From NCBI GenBank assembly GCA_964242595.1, contig CAXTBC010000005.1:14126-78125 (forward strand): 64,000 bases of DNA, in the 5' to 3' direction. A program made the translations under genes and the position numbers. This DNA comes from an uncultured Acetobacteraceae bacterium. GTDB lineage: Bacteria; Pseudomonadota; Alphaproteobacteria; Acetobacterales; Acetobacteraceae. Shown one piece after another: positions 46,476 to 55,767 of this stretch. Numbering within the stretch: the first letter of the stretch is position 1; the number at the start of each line of letters is the position of its first letter. The notes below the pieces were generated by a model that had not been told where the DNA came from, searched no databases, and saw only the letters and a list, made by a program, of their open reading frames with translations.

Positions 46476-47039
46476 TTGGGCGAGACCCTGGAGACCCACG
46501 AACACGCCGAGCAGGCCGCGCATGGCGGGCGGCGCCACACCGCGTTGATGATCGCCGTGCTGGCCGCGGCGCTCGCCTTCTGCGAGCAGGGCGCCCAGCA
46601 CGCCGACACCCGCATGTCGGAGAGCGCGGTGGCCGCTAGCGACGTGTGGGCCGAGTACCAGGCCAAGTCGACTCGCGCCAACGAGTCGCGCGACCTGGCG
46701 CAGATCGCCGGCCTGCTGCCGGCGGGGGCCACCGGCGACGCCGCTGCCATCCAGGCGAAGTTCGCGGCCGACATCACGCGTTTCGAGACGGACCCGAAGA
46801 CCGGCAAGCAGGCGCTCGCCGCCCGGGCCAAGGGGCTGGAGCAGGCGCGGGATGCCGCTCACGAACGGCTGGAAGCGTTCGACAACGCCGCCGCCGCCCT
46901 GCAGCTTGGCATTGTGCTCACCACCGCCTCCGTCATCACCGGCTCGGTGATGCTGGTGTGGCTGGGCGGGCTGTTGGGGCTGGTTGGCGGCGTGCTGGCC
47001 GTGCTCGGCATGGTAGCGCCGGCGATCGCCGCCATCTAG
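46476..47039 (+). CDS. DUF4337-like membrane protein
   Basis: ALMIAVLAA.LA, D.WAEYQAKS.R, LQLGIVLTTASVITG. Confidence 0.78.
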   Translation: MGETLETHEHAEQAAHGGRRHTALMIAVLAAALAFCEQGAQHADTRMSESAVAASDVWAEYQAKSTRANESRDLAQIAGLLPAGATGDAAAIQAKFAADITRFETDPKTGKQALAARAKGLEQARDAAHERLEAFDNAAAALQLGIVLTTASVITGSVMLVWLGGLLGLVGGVLAVLGMVAPAIAAI

Positions 47040-47169
47040 GCTTCGGTACGAAGCAGCAAGTTGTGCGGTAGCGTATAGATACACCTTGTGCTGGCAGTAT
47101 CCGAGGCCAGATGCGCCTCATAGTTGAGACAACCGCCCGTCCGGGCGGCCGCACGGAAGCCGCGTCAGC

Positions 47170-47982
47170 ATGATCCTGCAAAGCCTTTATGATGGTTGCT
47201 TCCAGCTCTACTTCGACGAGCTCCTGAGCCGGACACCGCTTTGGTTGTTCGTGCATGTGCCCAAGACAGCCGGCAGCTCGCTCAACGGGGAGCTGCAGCC
47301 CATCCTCAAGCCCGGCCACCATGTCTTTGTCGATTACACCCAGCTGGACCGGCGTTCTTTCGCCGATCTGCTGGACGAAGCCGTCGACAAGTTCATCACG
47401 CTCGCCCAGGTCCGGCGCTACCGCTACTGCACCGGCCACCTCGCGGCCCGGCACGTCGCGCGCATCGGCGCAGAGCTGCAGGACGTATGCCCGGTGACCT
47501 TGTTGCGTGACCCGGTCGCGAGGTTCGTGTCGGACTACCGCTACCAGTGTTCCGATATGCATCCCGGCCACGAGCAGTTCGTCGCGGACCATCCCGGCAT
47601 CGAAAGCTACCTCGACCTGCCGGGTGAGTGGAACAAGATAGCCGGCCACCTGGTGCCGGACCATTTGCGAGGGGATACACAGGCCTGTGTCGACCACGTC
47701 GCCGCCAGCTACGCTTTCGTCGGAATCCAGGAAGCTTACGCCCTGAGCCTGCGCCTTCTCACCACCCTGGTCGGTGCGCCCCGTCGCCCGGCGGTGTTCA
47801 GGCGCGTCAACACACCGGCGCCGGGATCGGAAATCCACCTGCCGCCTACGCTTGTCGAGAAGATACGCCTGCGCAACGCGCTTGACGTGGAGATCTACGA
47901 GGCGCTGAACGCACGCTTCCAGGCCGTTGCTCCTGCGCTGACGGCGTATCTGGACGAGGTGAACCCGCTGCCTCCCGAGTAG
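47170..47982 (+). CDS. Sulfotransferase (Sulfotransfer_2 type)
   Basis: FVHVPKTAGSSL, TLLRDPVARFVSDY, YAFVGIQE. Confidence 0.88.
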   Translation: MILQSLYDGCFQLYFDELLSRTPLWLFVHVPKTAGSSLNGELQPILKPGHHVFVDYTQLDRRSFADLLDEAVDKFITLAQVRRYRYCTGHLAARHVARIGAELQDVCPVTLLRDPVARFVSDYRYQCSDMHPGHEQFVADHPGIESYLDLPGEWNKIAGHLVPDHLRGDTQACVDHVAASYAFVGIQEAYALSLRLLTTLVGAPRRPAVFRRVNTPAPGSEIHLPPTLVEKIRLRNALDVEIYEALNARFQAVAPALTAYLDEVNPLPPE

Positions 47983-48117
47983 GACGCTGTTGACCTGTGA
48001 GTAAGAGTGCCTTTCGAAACCCGCCCTGGCGGCCATCTGACGCGCGTGTTCTGCGCTCCGGTGCTCAGAACACATGCCAGCTGACTCGCCATGCCGAATT
48101 TTGAAAGGCACTCCAAG

Positions 48118-48179
48118 GTCAGGGGCTCTGGGGCTCTAAGGCCCCAGCGGGTTTGGGGCAGAGCCCCATCCTTGCTTCC
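48118..48179. repeat. Family B repeat, half copy
   Basis: TGGGGCTCTAAGGCCCCAGCGGGTTTGGGGCAGAGCCCCATCCTTGCTT. Confidence 0.85.
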
Positions 48180-48200
48180 TAAAGGTCAGAACGTCGACCG

Positions 48201-49019
48201 TCACGCCCGCTTGGCCACCGCAGGCTGCGGCAACCGGCGCATGTATTGGATCAGGTCGTCGCGTATCGTGCGCCAGCGGAGCAGGAACGCCTGGAAAACG
48301 CCGAGGTCGACCGCGTTGAGCGTCCTGAGCCTGGCTTCCAGTTCAGGAGTCATGTCCACCTGGTCGTTGTCGGTGCTGTTGACCCGCACGCGGGCTTCCG
48401 GCGTCCGGGTCTCTCCCATCAGCGTGGTCAGCACGCGTAGGCTCAGCGGGTACATCTCCTGCAGCCCCAGGAAGGCGTAGGCGTTGGTGATGTAATCCAC
48501 GCAGCCGGCAACGTCGCCGGACATCACCAGCTCGCGGGGCGCCAGGTTGAGCGTGATCTTGTTGTGCACGTGCGGCCGCGCGACGTAGGTCTCGAAATCC
48601 GGCGTCTTGGCGATGAACTGCGCCTGGGCCGTGTTCATTGCCGAGCGCTGGTAGCGGTAGTCCGAAACCAGGCGCGCCATCGGGTTGCGCAGCATGGTGA
48701 AGCAGCGTACGTCCGGGATGCCGTCGCGGACCATCTCCACCTGCCTGGCGTTGATGTGTCCGGTGCAGAAACGGAACGGTCGTTCCTTGTAGCTGGCCAC
48801 GAACGTCTGCACGGCCGCATCGAACCTGGCCTGGTAGGTCCGCGTCGTGTCGGTATGGTCGATGTCGATGTTGAACGAGGGCTGCAGGATGCTTTCGGCT
48901 TCTGCCGTCATCGAGCTGCCGGCCGTTTTGGGCACATGCACGAACAGCCACAACGGCGCTCCGGCGCCTACCTCGCCGAGATACCTGTCGAAATCCTTGG
49001 CGAACAGCGCAGAAAGCAA
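48201..49019 (-). CDS. Sulfotransferase (Sulfotransfer_2 type), paralog of 47170-47982
   Basis: LWLFVHVPKTAGSSM, TMLRNPMARLVSDY, YAFLGLQE; TTG start. Confidence 0.88.
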   Translation of the reverse strand: MLSALFAKDFDRYLGEVGAGAPLWLFVHVPKTAGSSMTAEAESILQPSFNIDIDHTDTTRTYQARFDAAVQTFVASYKERPFRFCTGHINARQVEMVRDGIPDVRCFTMLRNPMARLVSDYRYQRSAMNTAQAQFIAKTPDFETYVARPHVHNKITLNLAPRELVMSGDVAGCVDYITNAYAFLGLQEMYPLSLRVLTTLMGETRTPEARVRVNSTDNDQVDMTPELEARLRTLNAVDLGVFQAFLLRWRTIRDDLIQYMRRLPQPAVAKRA

Positions 49020-49117
49020 GGTGGCCTCACGGAATCATCTGGCCTGATCGTGCCTGCCTGGCCGGACAGATGCAAACCGGCCCGCCTGCGGGAGCAAGGC
49101 AGCCTCGCTTGATCGGT

Positions 49118-50302
49118 TCAACCCAGGGCGTAGCCGAACGAGGTCAGGAACTTCCCCCACTCCGCCGCGCAGCGCGCCTGCAAGGCGGCGGGCAGGTCGG
49201 ACCGCCAGCGTCCGACGGAGGCCTCAGGCGAGCTGCTCGTCGCGTGCTGGGCGAACATCCGGTTGCCTGCCTCGGCCGCTACCGGGGCGATCTCGGCCTG
49301 CAGGAACTCTCCCAGCCTGCGGTAGGTGTCCCCGTCGCCGGCGACCATGTCCTCGTAGCGGATGATGCAGACCTCCGGCCCGGCCTCGGTCTTGATGGCG
49401 GTGAGCTGCTGGCAGCTGTGGCTCAGGTGGCCGAACGACTTGTCCGGGCTGCTCTCGAAATAGGCGATCTGCGAGCAAAGCACGTCACGCGGGTCGCGCA
49501 CGATCACCACCTCGCGCATCGCCGGAAAGGCGCGGCGCACGAACAGCCGGGTTGGCCGGTGCAGGTTGTTGTTCTTCTCCGCGAAGTAGCGCGCCGCCGG
49601 CTTGGCCTTGTCGGCCGCCAGCCTGCGGTAGTACTCGCGTACGATCCCGGCGAACGCGCCGCTCACCTGCTCCGGCATCCAGCTCCTCGAGAACTGGCGC
49701 AGCGCCTCCTGCTGACGGAAGGCGTGCGCGTATTGCGGCGCGCCGAACGGGTTGAAGCCGATGTGAAAGCCGTCGCCCTCCAGGCGGTCCGGATGGGTGG
49801 AGCGCTCGGCGTCGGCCGGCGCGGTCAGCACCGCGTAGGCCGCGGCGTAGTACGACAGCATCCGCACCTCGTAGGGCACCAGCTCGGCTACCACGACCTG
49901 CGGCGAGGCGGCCAGGCAGCTCATCAGGTAGGTGGTGCCCGACCGCCCCGGCGCGGTCACCAGGATGGGGCTGGGGACCTCGTCCGGCCGGGCCGCCAAC
50001 GCGTCGGCCGCCAGCACGCGCTCGCCGCCCGGCAGCGTGGTGCCGTCTGAAAAGCAGACCTGGATGTGGTGGGCATCGTCCGACGAGAGCGGGTCCGGGT
50101 AGGTGAACATGAAGCCGTGGGCCCCATCCCCGAACCGGCCCAGCGCGGCCAGGTCGCGCCGCGGCCGTGCGGCCGTCACGCGCCCCACCTCGTGGCCGTC
50201 GACCTCGATGAGCAGTTCCAGCCGGCTGTCCGGCCCGGCATCGTCGGCGGCCCAGCCGGAGACCGATACCCTGTTGACAGCGTCCACGTGACCGCCGCGC
50301 AT
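49118..50302 (-). CDS. Sulfotransferase (Sulfotransfer_3-like) with N-terminal Ig-like module
   Basis: N-terminal VSGWAAD...RPRRDLA..G.GAHGFMF; catalytic ILVTAPGRSGTT, VRDPRDV, IRYEDMV, SVGRWR. Confidence 0.85.
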   Translation of the reverse strand: MRGGHVDAVNRVSVSGWAADDAGPDSRLELLIEVDGHEVGRVTAARPRRDLAALGRFGDGAHGFMFTYPDPLSSDDAHHIQVCFSDGTTLPGGERVLAADALAARPDEVPSPILVTAPGRSGTTYLMSCLAASPQVVVAELVPYEVRMLSYYAAAYAVLTAPADAERSTHPDRLEGDGFHIGFNPFGAPQYAHAFRQQEALRQFSRSWMPEQVSGAFAGIVREYYRRLAADKAKPAARYFAEKNNNLHRPTRLFVRRAFPAMREVVIVRDPRDVLCSQIAYFESSPDKSFGHLSHSCQQLTAIKTEAGPEVCIIRYEDMVAGDGDTYRRLGEFLQAEIAPVAAEAGNRMFAQHATSSSPEASVGRWRSDLPAALQARCAAEWGKFLTSFGYALG

Positions 50303-50524
50303 CGATGCCTGTCTATCCCGAACTGATCGCGGCGCCTTGTGCGCGGCGGCCCAACCGGCGTCAACCGGACGAACCGGCGAGCAGGATGCCGGCGCCGGGT
50401 GCGCAGGTCGCGGACCGAGACGCCACCCCGCTGGGGATCGTGACGGCCGGCAACGTGTTGCACACAAATCGCTGCCACCCTTAAAAGTCTGCCGGCCTTT
50501 CCGGCCGAACGGGGACCGACGATC

Positions 50525-53500
50525 TTGGTGGAGAAACGCGCAGGGGGCGGCTTCCGCCCTGGCGAGGACGCGATCCAGCCGGCCATCCCCGCCGGGGTGG
50601 TGTTCACCAAGGCGGCCGAAGCGGGCGGCACGGACCGTGACGTTCTGATGGGCTACCAGATGTTCCTGGGGCGAGACCCCGAGAGTTCCTTCGTCATCGC
50701 CGACGCCAAGACAAGCCCGGTCGGCGCCTTCCTGCGCGCGCTGATGGGCTCGGGCGAGTTCCAGAGCGCGGTGCTCGACAAGCTGGCCGCCGGCCGCAAG
50801 ATGCCGCACGAGGCGGTCTCGGCCGCACCCAGCGGCGAGCAGATGGCCTGGCTGTTCAACCTGGTGCACGTGCCCGGCCGCCCCGGCGCGGTGCTGCGCG
50901 CGGCCACGAGTTGGGCGGAGTGGATGCGCACCCTGGTGGCCATCCCCGGCCTGCCGACGGCGCCGCCGCGCGCCGAGCCGGGCAGCGGGCCACAGGCGCA
51001 GGACGCCGGCGAGGGCTTCGTGCTGGTCACCATCGAGCAGCCCAAGCCCGGCGAGCGGCTGCGCCCCGGCGCTCTGGTGCACGGCAGTGGCTGGGCGATT
51101 GCGCCGGCGGACGTGGCCGAAGTGGCGGTCCACCTGGACGGCAGGCTGCTGACCCACGCGCGCTACGGCCTGCCGCGGCCGGACGTGGCCCGCAGCTTCC
51201 CGCATTACCGCCACGTGGACCATTGCGGCTTCACCTTCGCCGCCGAGGTGCCCGAGGATGCCGCGCTGGCCAGCCTGCTGACGGTGAGCGTGCGTAGCGC
51301 CGACGGCCAGACCGGCAGCAAGGGCGTGCGCCTGCAGGGCCAGGACGCCGCGCCGCCGCGGCCGGGCAGTGCCGGCGCTGCCGAGACGGCATGGCCCATC
51401 CGGCTCGCGGTGGAGGAAGCCGTAGTCGACGAGGCCAGGATGCTCCGGGTGCGCGGCTGGGCGGTCAGCGCCGAGCCGATGCAGGCGGTCTCCGTCGCGG
51501 TAGGCCAGGCCGTGCTGGGCGATGCCCGCCACGGGCTGCCGCGGCCCGACATTGCCGGCGGCCAGCCAGGCTACGCCAACGCCGGCCAGTCCGGTTTCGC
51601 CCTGGTCTGCCAGTTGCCGGCGGGGGTGCCGGCCGGTCCGGGTTTCGTCCGTGTGCAGGCGGCCGACTGCGCCGGCCACACCCGCCAGACCATCGTGCCG
51701 GTGGACGTGCCGCAGGACCCGACGCAGCACGTGCCGAAATCCTCGCCGATGCTAGGAGTGCCGCCAGCTGCCGCCGCTGCCCCTCGTCGGGCGCAGGCCA
51801 CGGCGGCGGACGGCGCGGCGCCGGGCGGCATCGCCTGCGCCTGCGAACGCGCAACGCTGCAAGCCGACGGCGCGCTGCGGGTGGACGGCTGGGCGCTGGC
51901 GCCGCACGGCATCACCGGCCTGCGCGTGGAGCTGGACGGCATATCCCTGGGCCAGGCAGCGCTCGGCCGGCCCAGCCCGTCGCTGGCCGCCGCCCGGCCG
52001 GACGTGAAGCTTGCCGGCCAGGCAGGCTTCACCTTCAGCCACATCTTGCCCCGCAGGCCGGCGCCCGGCGTCCACCACCTCAGCCTGCACGTGACCGCCG
52101 AGGGCGGGCTGGCCCGCGTGGTCGAGACGGCGCTGGTGGCCGACGCCGCCGCACCCGCGCCGGCCGCCGCCATGCAGGAGCCTGCCCCGGCGGCACCGCC
52201 CAGGCCGGCCACAGGTCCGGTTGCGCGCCCCGCGCCACCCGGCATGCGGCTGGAAGTGGACCGCCCGGCGATCTTCGAGGGGGCGGCGCGCGGGCCGGTG
52301 CGCGGCGCGCTCACCATCGCCGGCTGGTCGGCCGCACGCGGCGGCATCGCCCAGGTGGACGTCTTCTGCGACGAGCGGCTGCTCGGCCACGCCCATCTGG
52401 GCATGCGGCGGGAGGACATCGGCGCCGCCTTTCCGGACTACAAGGGCGCGCTGCTCGCCGGTTACGCGTTGGTGCTGCCGCCCGGCACCCTGCCCGAAGG
52501 CAACCATGAGGTCAGGGTGGTTGCCACCCCGGCCCGCGAGGACCCGGCGGCACCGCCGGCCGGCACGCTGGAACGCCGCTTCAGGCTGCAGGTGGAGCGC
52601 TACGACGCGCTGCCGCCCGACGGCAGCATCCGCCTGGCGCTGCCGCCCTCCGAGGCCGAGTTCGGCCTCACCTTGCTAGCCCGGCTGGGGTGCCACCCGC
52701 AGTTCACCGTGGTGCTGGCCGACGCCGCCGCCGGAGACGCGGGGCTGGCCGCACTGGCGGCCACGCTGCGCAGCTTATCCAGCCAGGCTTACGGCGAGTG
52801 GTCGGTGCAGGCCAGGCTGCCCGACGCCGCCAGCCTGGAGGCCGCCCGCGCGCTGCCCGAAGTCGCCGACCCGGCCGGCCGGGTCCGGCTCGCCCGCCAG
52901 GACCAGCCCGCCGCCGGCACGGCCGCTCTACCGACGCTCGTCGACGCGGACCCGGCCGCCCCGGCCTTCACCCTGCTGCTACGCGCGGGCGACCTGCTGG
53001 GCGCCGACGCGCTGCTGGAGCTCGCCTGCGCGCTCGCCGCCGACCGCCATGCCGATTTCATCTACGCCGACGAGCTGCGCGCCGACCCCGGCCAGGGCCG
53101 CCGCCAGCCGTTCTTTAAGCCGGACTGGTCGCCGGACCTGCTGCTGGCGATGAACTATGTCGGCCGCCCCTGGTGCGCCGCCGCGGGTCTGCTGGAGCGC
53201 GCCGGCCTCGACCTTGCCACGCTGGCGGCAGGATCGGACTACGCCGCCGTGCTGGCGCTGAGCGAGCACGCCGCCCGCATCGTCCATGTGCCGCGCGTAC
53301 TGTGCGACAGGCAGGCCGCCGACGACACGCCGGCGCAGGAGCAGGCCGCTCTCGCCCAGGCTCTGGCCCGGCGAGGCGATGCCGGGGCTGCCGAGCCTGC
53401 CGCCACCCCGGGCACCTGGCGGGTCCGCCGCCCGATCGCCCGCCGCACGCCCCCCGCCATCCGCCGCCCGCGCAACACGGTGGCCGGCCGCGTCTCCATC

Positions 53501-55408
53501 ATCATCCCCACCTGCGCCGCCGGCGGCCTGGTGCGGAGCGCCATCAAATCCATCCGCGCCACCAGCGCCCCGGCCTTGGCCGGCGGGCGGGAGGTGGAGA
53601 TCGTGATCCTGGACAACACGCCGGTGCGCGAAACCCGCACCCGTGCCTGGCTGCGCAGCCAGGCCGACGTGGTGATCGACATGCCGGGCGCGTTCAACTG
53701 GTCGCGCTTCAACAACCTGGGCGCACGCGCCGCTACCGGCGAGTTCCTGCTGTTCCTTAACGACGACGTGGAGACCAGGCAGCCCGACTGGCTGGAGGCG
53801 ATGCTGGAGCACGCGCAGCGTCCGGAGGTGGGCGTGGTGGGCGCGCGCCTGCTCTATCCGGACGGCACCGTACAGCATGGCGGGCAGTACCTGGCCGACA
53901 GCCATGCCCGCCACGCCTTCCGCTTCGCGGCCGCGTCCATGCCCGGCCCGTTCGGCCTGGCGGGGGTGGCGCGCGAGGTGGTCTCGGTGACCGGCGCCTG
54001 CCAGATGGTGCGCGCCCGCACCTTTGCCCAGCTCGGCGGCTTCGACGAGGCGCACAGCGTGGTCAACAACGACCTCGATTTCTGCCTGCGTGCTTGGCAG
54101 GCCGGGCTGCGCGTGGTGTTCACCCCGCATGCCAGCCTTACCCACCACGAGCTGGCCAGCCGCGCCGCCCTGCAGGACAGCTACGACGAGGCCCGCTTCG
54201 CCACTGCCTGGCGCAACCGCTTCCTGGCCGGCGACCCTTACCGCAGCCCGCGTTTGGCGCAGGACGCCGACCATTACGGCGCCGACCCCGAACCGACCGT
54301 GCTGGTGCATGCCGGCCGCCGCGGCCCGGCGCCGGAAACCGTGCGCCGCATCCTGGCCGTCAAGCTGGACCACATCGGCGACTTCCTGACCGCGCTGCCG
54401 GCCCTGCGCAGCCTGCGCCGGCGCTTCCCCGCCGCCCGGATCGACCTGCTGGCCCCGGCCGCCTCGGCCGAACTCGCCGCCGGCGAGCCCGCCATCGACG
54501 AGACCATCGTGTTCGACTTCTTCCACGCGCGCTCCGGGCTGGGCCAGAAGGGGGTGGGCGAGGCCGAGTTCGAGGCGCTGCGGGCCAGGCTTGCGCCGGC
54601 TCGCTACGACATGGCGATCGATCTGCGCATGCAGCCCGAGACCCGCGCGGTGCTGCCCTACACGGGCGCGGCCTTCCTGGTCGGCTACGACCACGCGAAC
54701 CGCTTCGCGTTCCTCGACGTGGCGCTGGAGTGGGAGGGCGACGAGCGGCTGGCGCTCAAGCGCGCCCACGTCTCCGAACGGCTGGTCGAGCTGGTTTCCG
54801 CCGCCGAGGACGCCTGCCGCGCCGAGCCGGTGCCGCCCGCGCCGTCCCGCCTGCAGCCGCGGGACGTGCCGGCCTTGGCCGCCCTGCCGGCAGCTTTCCT
54901 CGCGTGTCGGCTCGTCTGCATCCATCCCGGGGTGGGCAACGTGGTGCGGCAATGGCCGGCGTCGAGCTACGCGGCGCTGGTCGACCTGCTGGCCGGGGCC
55001 GGGCTGCACGCCGTGCTGGTCGGTGCGCCCGAGGAGGCGCCGGTGGCCGAGGAGGTGCTGCGCCAGGTCGCGGCCAAGGGAGCGGCCGAGTCCCTGGTGG
55101 GCCGCGTCAAGCTGGCGCAGCTCGCCCAGGTAATGCGCGCCTGCGCGCTGTTCGTAGGCAACAACAGTGGGCCGCAGCATCTGGCGGCCGCGCAGGGCAC
55201 GCCCACGATCGGCATCCATTCCGGCGTGGTGGACGCCACCGAGTGGGCGCCGCTGGGCACCCAGGCCGTGGCCATGCGCCGCAGGATGATCTGCGCCCCG
55301 TGCTACCTTGAGTTCGCCTCCGACTGCCCGCGTGACATGGCCTGCCTGACGGGGCTGCGGCCGCGTGACGTGTTTGCGGCTTGCCTGCGGATGCTGGGTC
55401 AAGAGTAA
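50525..55408 (+). CDS. 1627-aa multidomain glycosyltransferase: DUF4214-like + 4 Ig-like modules + GT2 + GT2 + GT9
   Basis: YQMFLGRDPE..EFQ; four GW(A/S)...GF/GY modules; FIYADE..PFFKPDWSPD; VSIIIPT, FLNDDVE, VTGAC, DLDFCLR; ILAVKLDHIGD, FVGNNSGPQHLAAA. Confidence 0.88.
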   Translation: MVEKRAGGGFRPGEDAIQPAIPAGVVFTKAAEAGGTDRDVLMGYQMFLGRDPESSFVIADAKTSPVGAFLRALMGSGEFQSAVLDKLAAGRKMPHEAVSAAPSGEQMAWLFNLVHVPGRPGAVLRAATSWAEWMRTLVAIPGLPTAPPRAEPGSGPQAQDAGEGFVLVTIEQPKPGERLRPGALVHGSGWAIAPADVAEVAVHLDGRLLTHARYGLPRPDVARSFPHYRHVDHCGFTFAAEVPEDAALASLLTVSVRSADGQTGSKGVRLQGQDAAPPRPGSAGAAETAWPIRLAVEEAVVDEARMLRVRGWAVSAEPMQAVSVAVGQAVLGDARHGLPRPDIAGGQPGYANAGQSGFALVCQLPAGVPAGPGFVRVQAADCAGHTRQTIVPVDVPQDPTQHVPKSSPMLGVPPAAAAAPRRAQATAADGAAPGGIACACERATLQADGALRVDGWALAPHGITGLRVELDGISLGQAALGRPSPSLAAARPDVKLAGQAGFTFSHILPRRPAPGVHHLSLHVTAEGGLARVVETALVADAAAPAPAAAMQEPAPAAPPRPATGPVARPAPPGMRLEVDRPAIFEGAARGPVRGALTIAGWSAARGGIAQVDVFCDERLLGHAHLGMRREDIGAAFPDYKGALLAGYALVLPPGTLPEGNHEVRVVATPAREDPAAPPAGTLERRFRLQVERYDALPPDGSIRLALPPSEAEFGLTLLARLGCHPQFTVVLADAAAGDAGLAALAATLRSLSSQAYGEWSVQARLPDAASLEAARALPEVADPAGRVRLARQDQPAAGTAALPTLVDADPAAPAFTLLLRAGDLLGADALLELACALAADRHADFIYADELRADPGQGRRQPFFKPDWSPDLLLAMNYVGRPWCAAAGLLERAGLDLATLAAGSDYAAVLALSEHAARIVHVPRVLCDRQAADDTPAQEQAALAQALARRGDAGAAEPAATPGTWRVRRPIARRTPPAIRRPRNTVAGRVSIIIPTCAAGGLVRSAIKSIRATSAPALAGGREVEIVILDNTPVRETRTRAWLRSQADVVIDMPGAFNWSRFNNLGARAATGEFLLFLNDDVETRQPDWLEAMLEHAQRPEVGVVGARLLYPDGTVQHGGQYLADSHARHAFRFAAASMPGPFGLAGVAREVVSVTGACQMVRARTFAQLGGFDEAHSVVNNDLDFCLRAWQAGLRVVFTPHASLTHHELASRAALQDSYDEARFATAWRNRFLAGDPYRSPRLAQDADHYGADPEPTVLVHAGRRGPAPETVRRILAVKLDHIGDFLTALPALRSLRRRFPAARIDLLAPAASAELAAGEPAIDETIVFDFFHARSGLGQKGVGEAEFEALRARLAPARYDMAIDLRMQPETRAVLPYTGAAFLVGYDHANRFAFLDVALEWEGDERLALKRAHVSERLVELVSAAEDACRAEPVPPAPSRLQPRDVPALAALPAAFLACRLVCIHPGVGNVVRQWPASSYAALVDLLAGAGLHAVLVGAPEEAPVAEEVLRQVAAKGAAESLVGRVKLAQLAQVMRACALFVGNNSGPQHLAAAQGTPTIGIHSGVVDATEWAPLGTQAVAMRRRMICAPCYLEFASDCPRDMACLTGLRPRDVFAACLRMLGQE

Positions 55409-55537
55409 GGCAAGGAAGGCCTTCTTTTTCGAGAAAAAGAAGCAAAAAGCTTTTGTCCGTTTGACGCGGCTCTCTCCGGGCGCATCCGACAGGGTGCAAA
55501 GCTTCTGGTTCTTTTTCTTGGAAAAGAACTGCTTGCC
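55409..55537. repeat. Family A repeat, full
   Basis: GGCAAGGAAGGCCTTCTTTTTCGAGAAAAAGAAGC ... GCTTCTGGTTCTTTTTCTTGGAAAAGAACTGCTTGCC. Confidence 0.92.
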
Positions 55538-55627
55538 AAGCCCTTATAGGTTCGGCGTTAGACCAAAGTTAAAAAGGGTCGGTTATTCTCGTTTTCAGGA
55601 AAAACCGTCGTAGCACGCTGTTATTGT

Positions 55628-55650
55628 TGCACAATCATCACGATTGTGCA
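55628..55650. promoter_or_regulatory. Perfect 9-bp inverted repeat TGCACAATC-N5-GATTGTGCA in an AT-rich promoter region; candidate operator
   Basis: Read directly from 55628-55650, about 120 bp upstream of the 55768 start. Confidence 0.45.
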
Positions 55651-55767
55651 TTGCAAAATTTCTGGCCATTGTTGCTCTGCAGGTGGTAGCTTGCGTCACA
55701 AGGTGGTTACCGCCGTGCCGTCGTCCTACGGCCGACAAGCATTGTCGGTTGCTTCGCAGGTGGAGAC

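Noticed and set aside
47038-47055. Hairpin GCTTCG-GTA-CGAAGC after the DUF4337 stop as an intrinsic terminator
   Set aside because: The stem is short and there is no U-tract, so support is too weak.
49118-51730. 870-aa minus-strand ORF as one giant sulfotransferase
   Set aside because: The part above 50302 is antisense to the giant GT and motif-free; the coherent protein starts at ATG 50302.
55628-55650. NtrC binding site
   Set aside because: Half-site spacing (N13) does not match the TGCAC-N7-GTGCA geometry; kept only as an unassigned palindrome.
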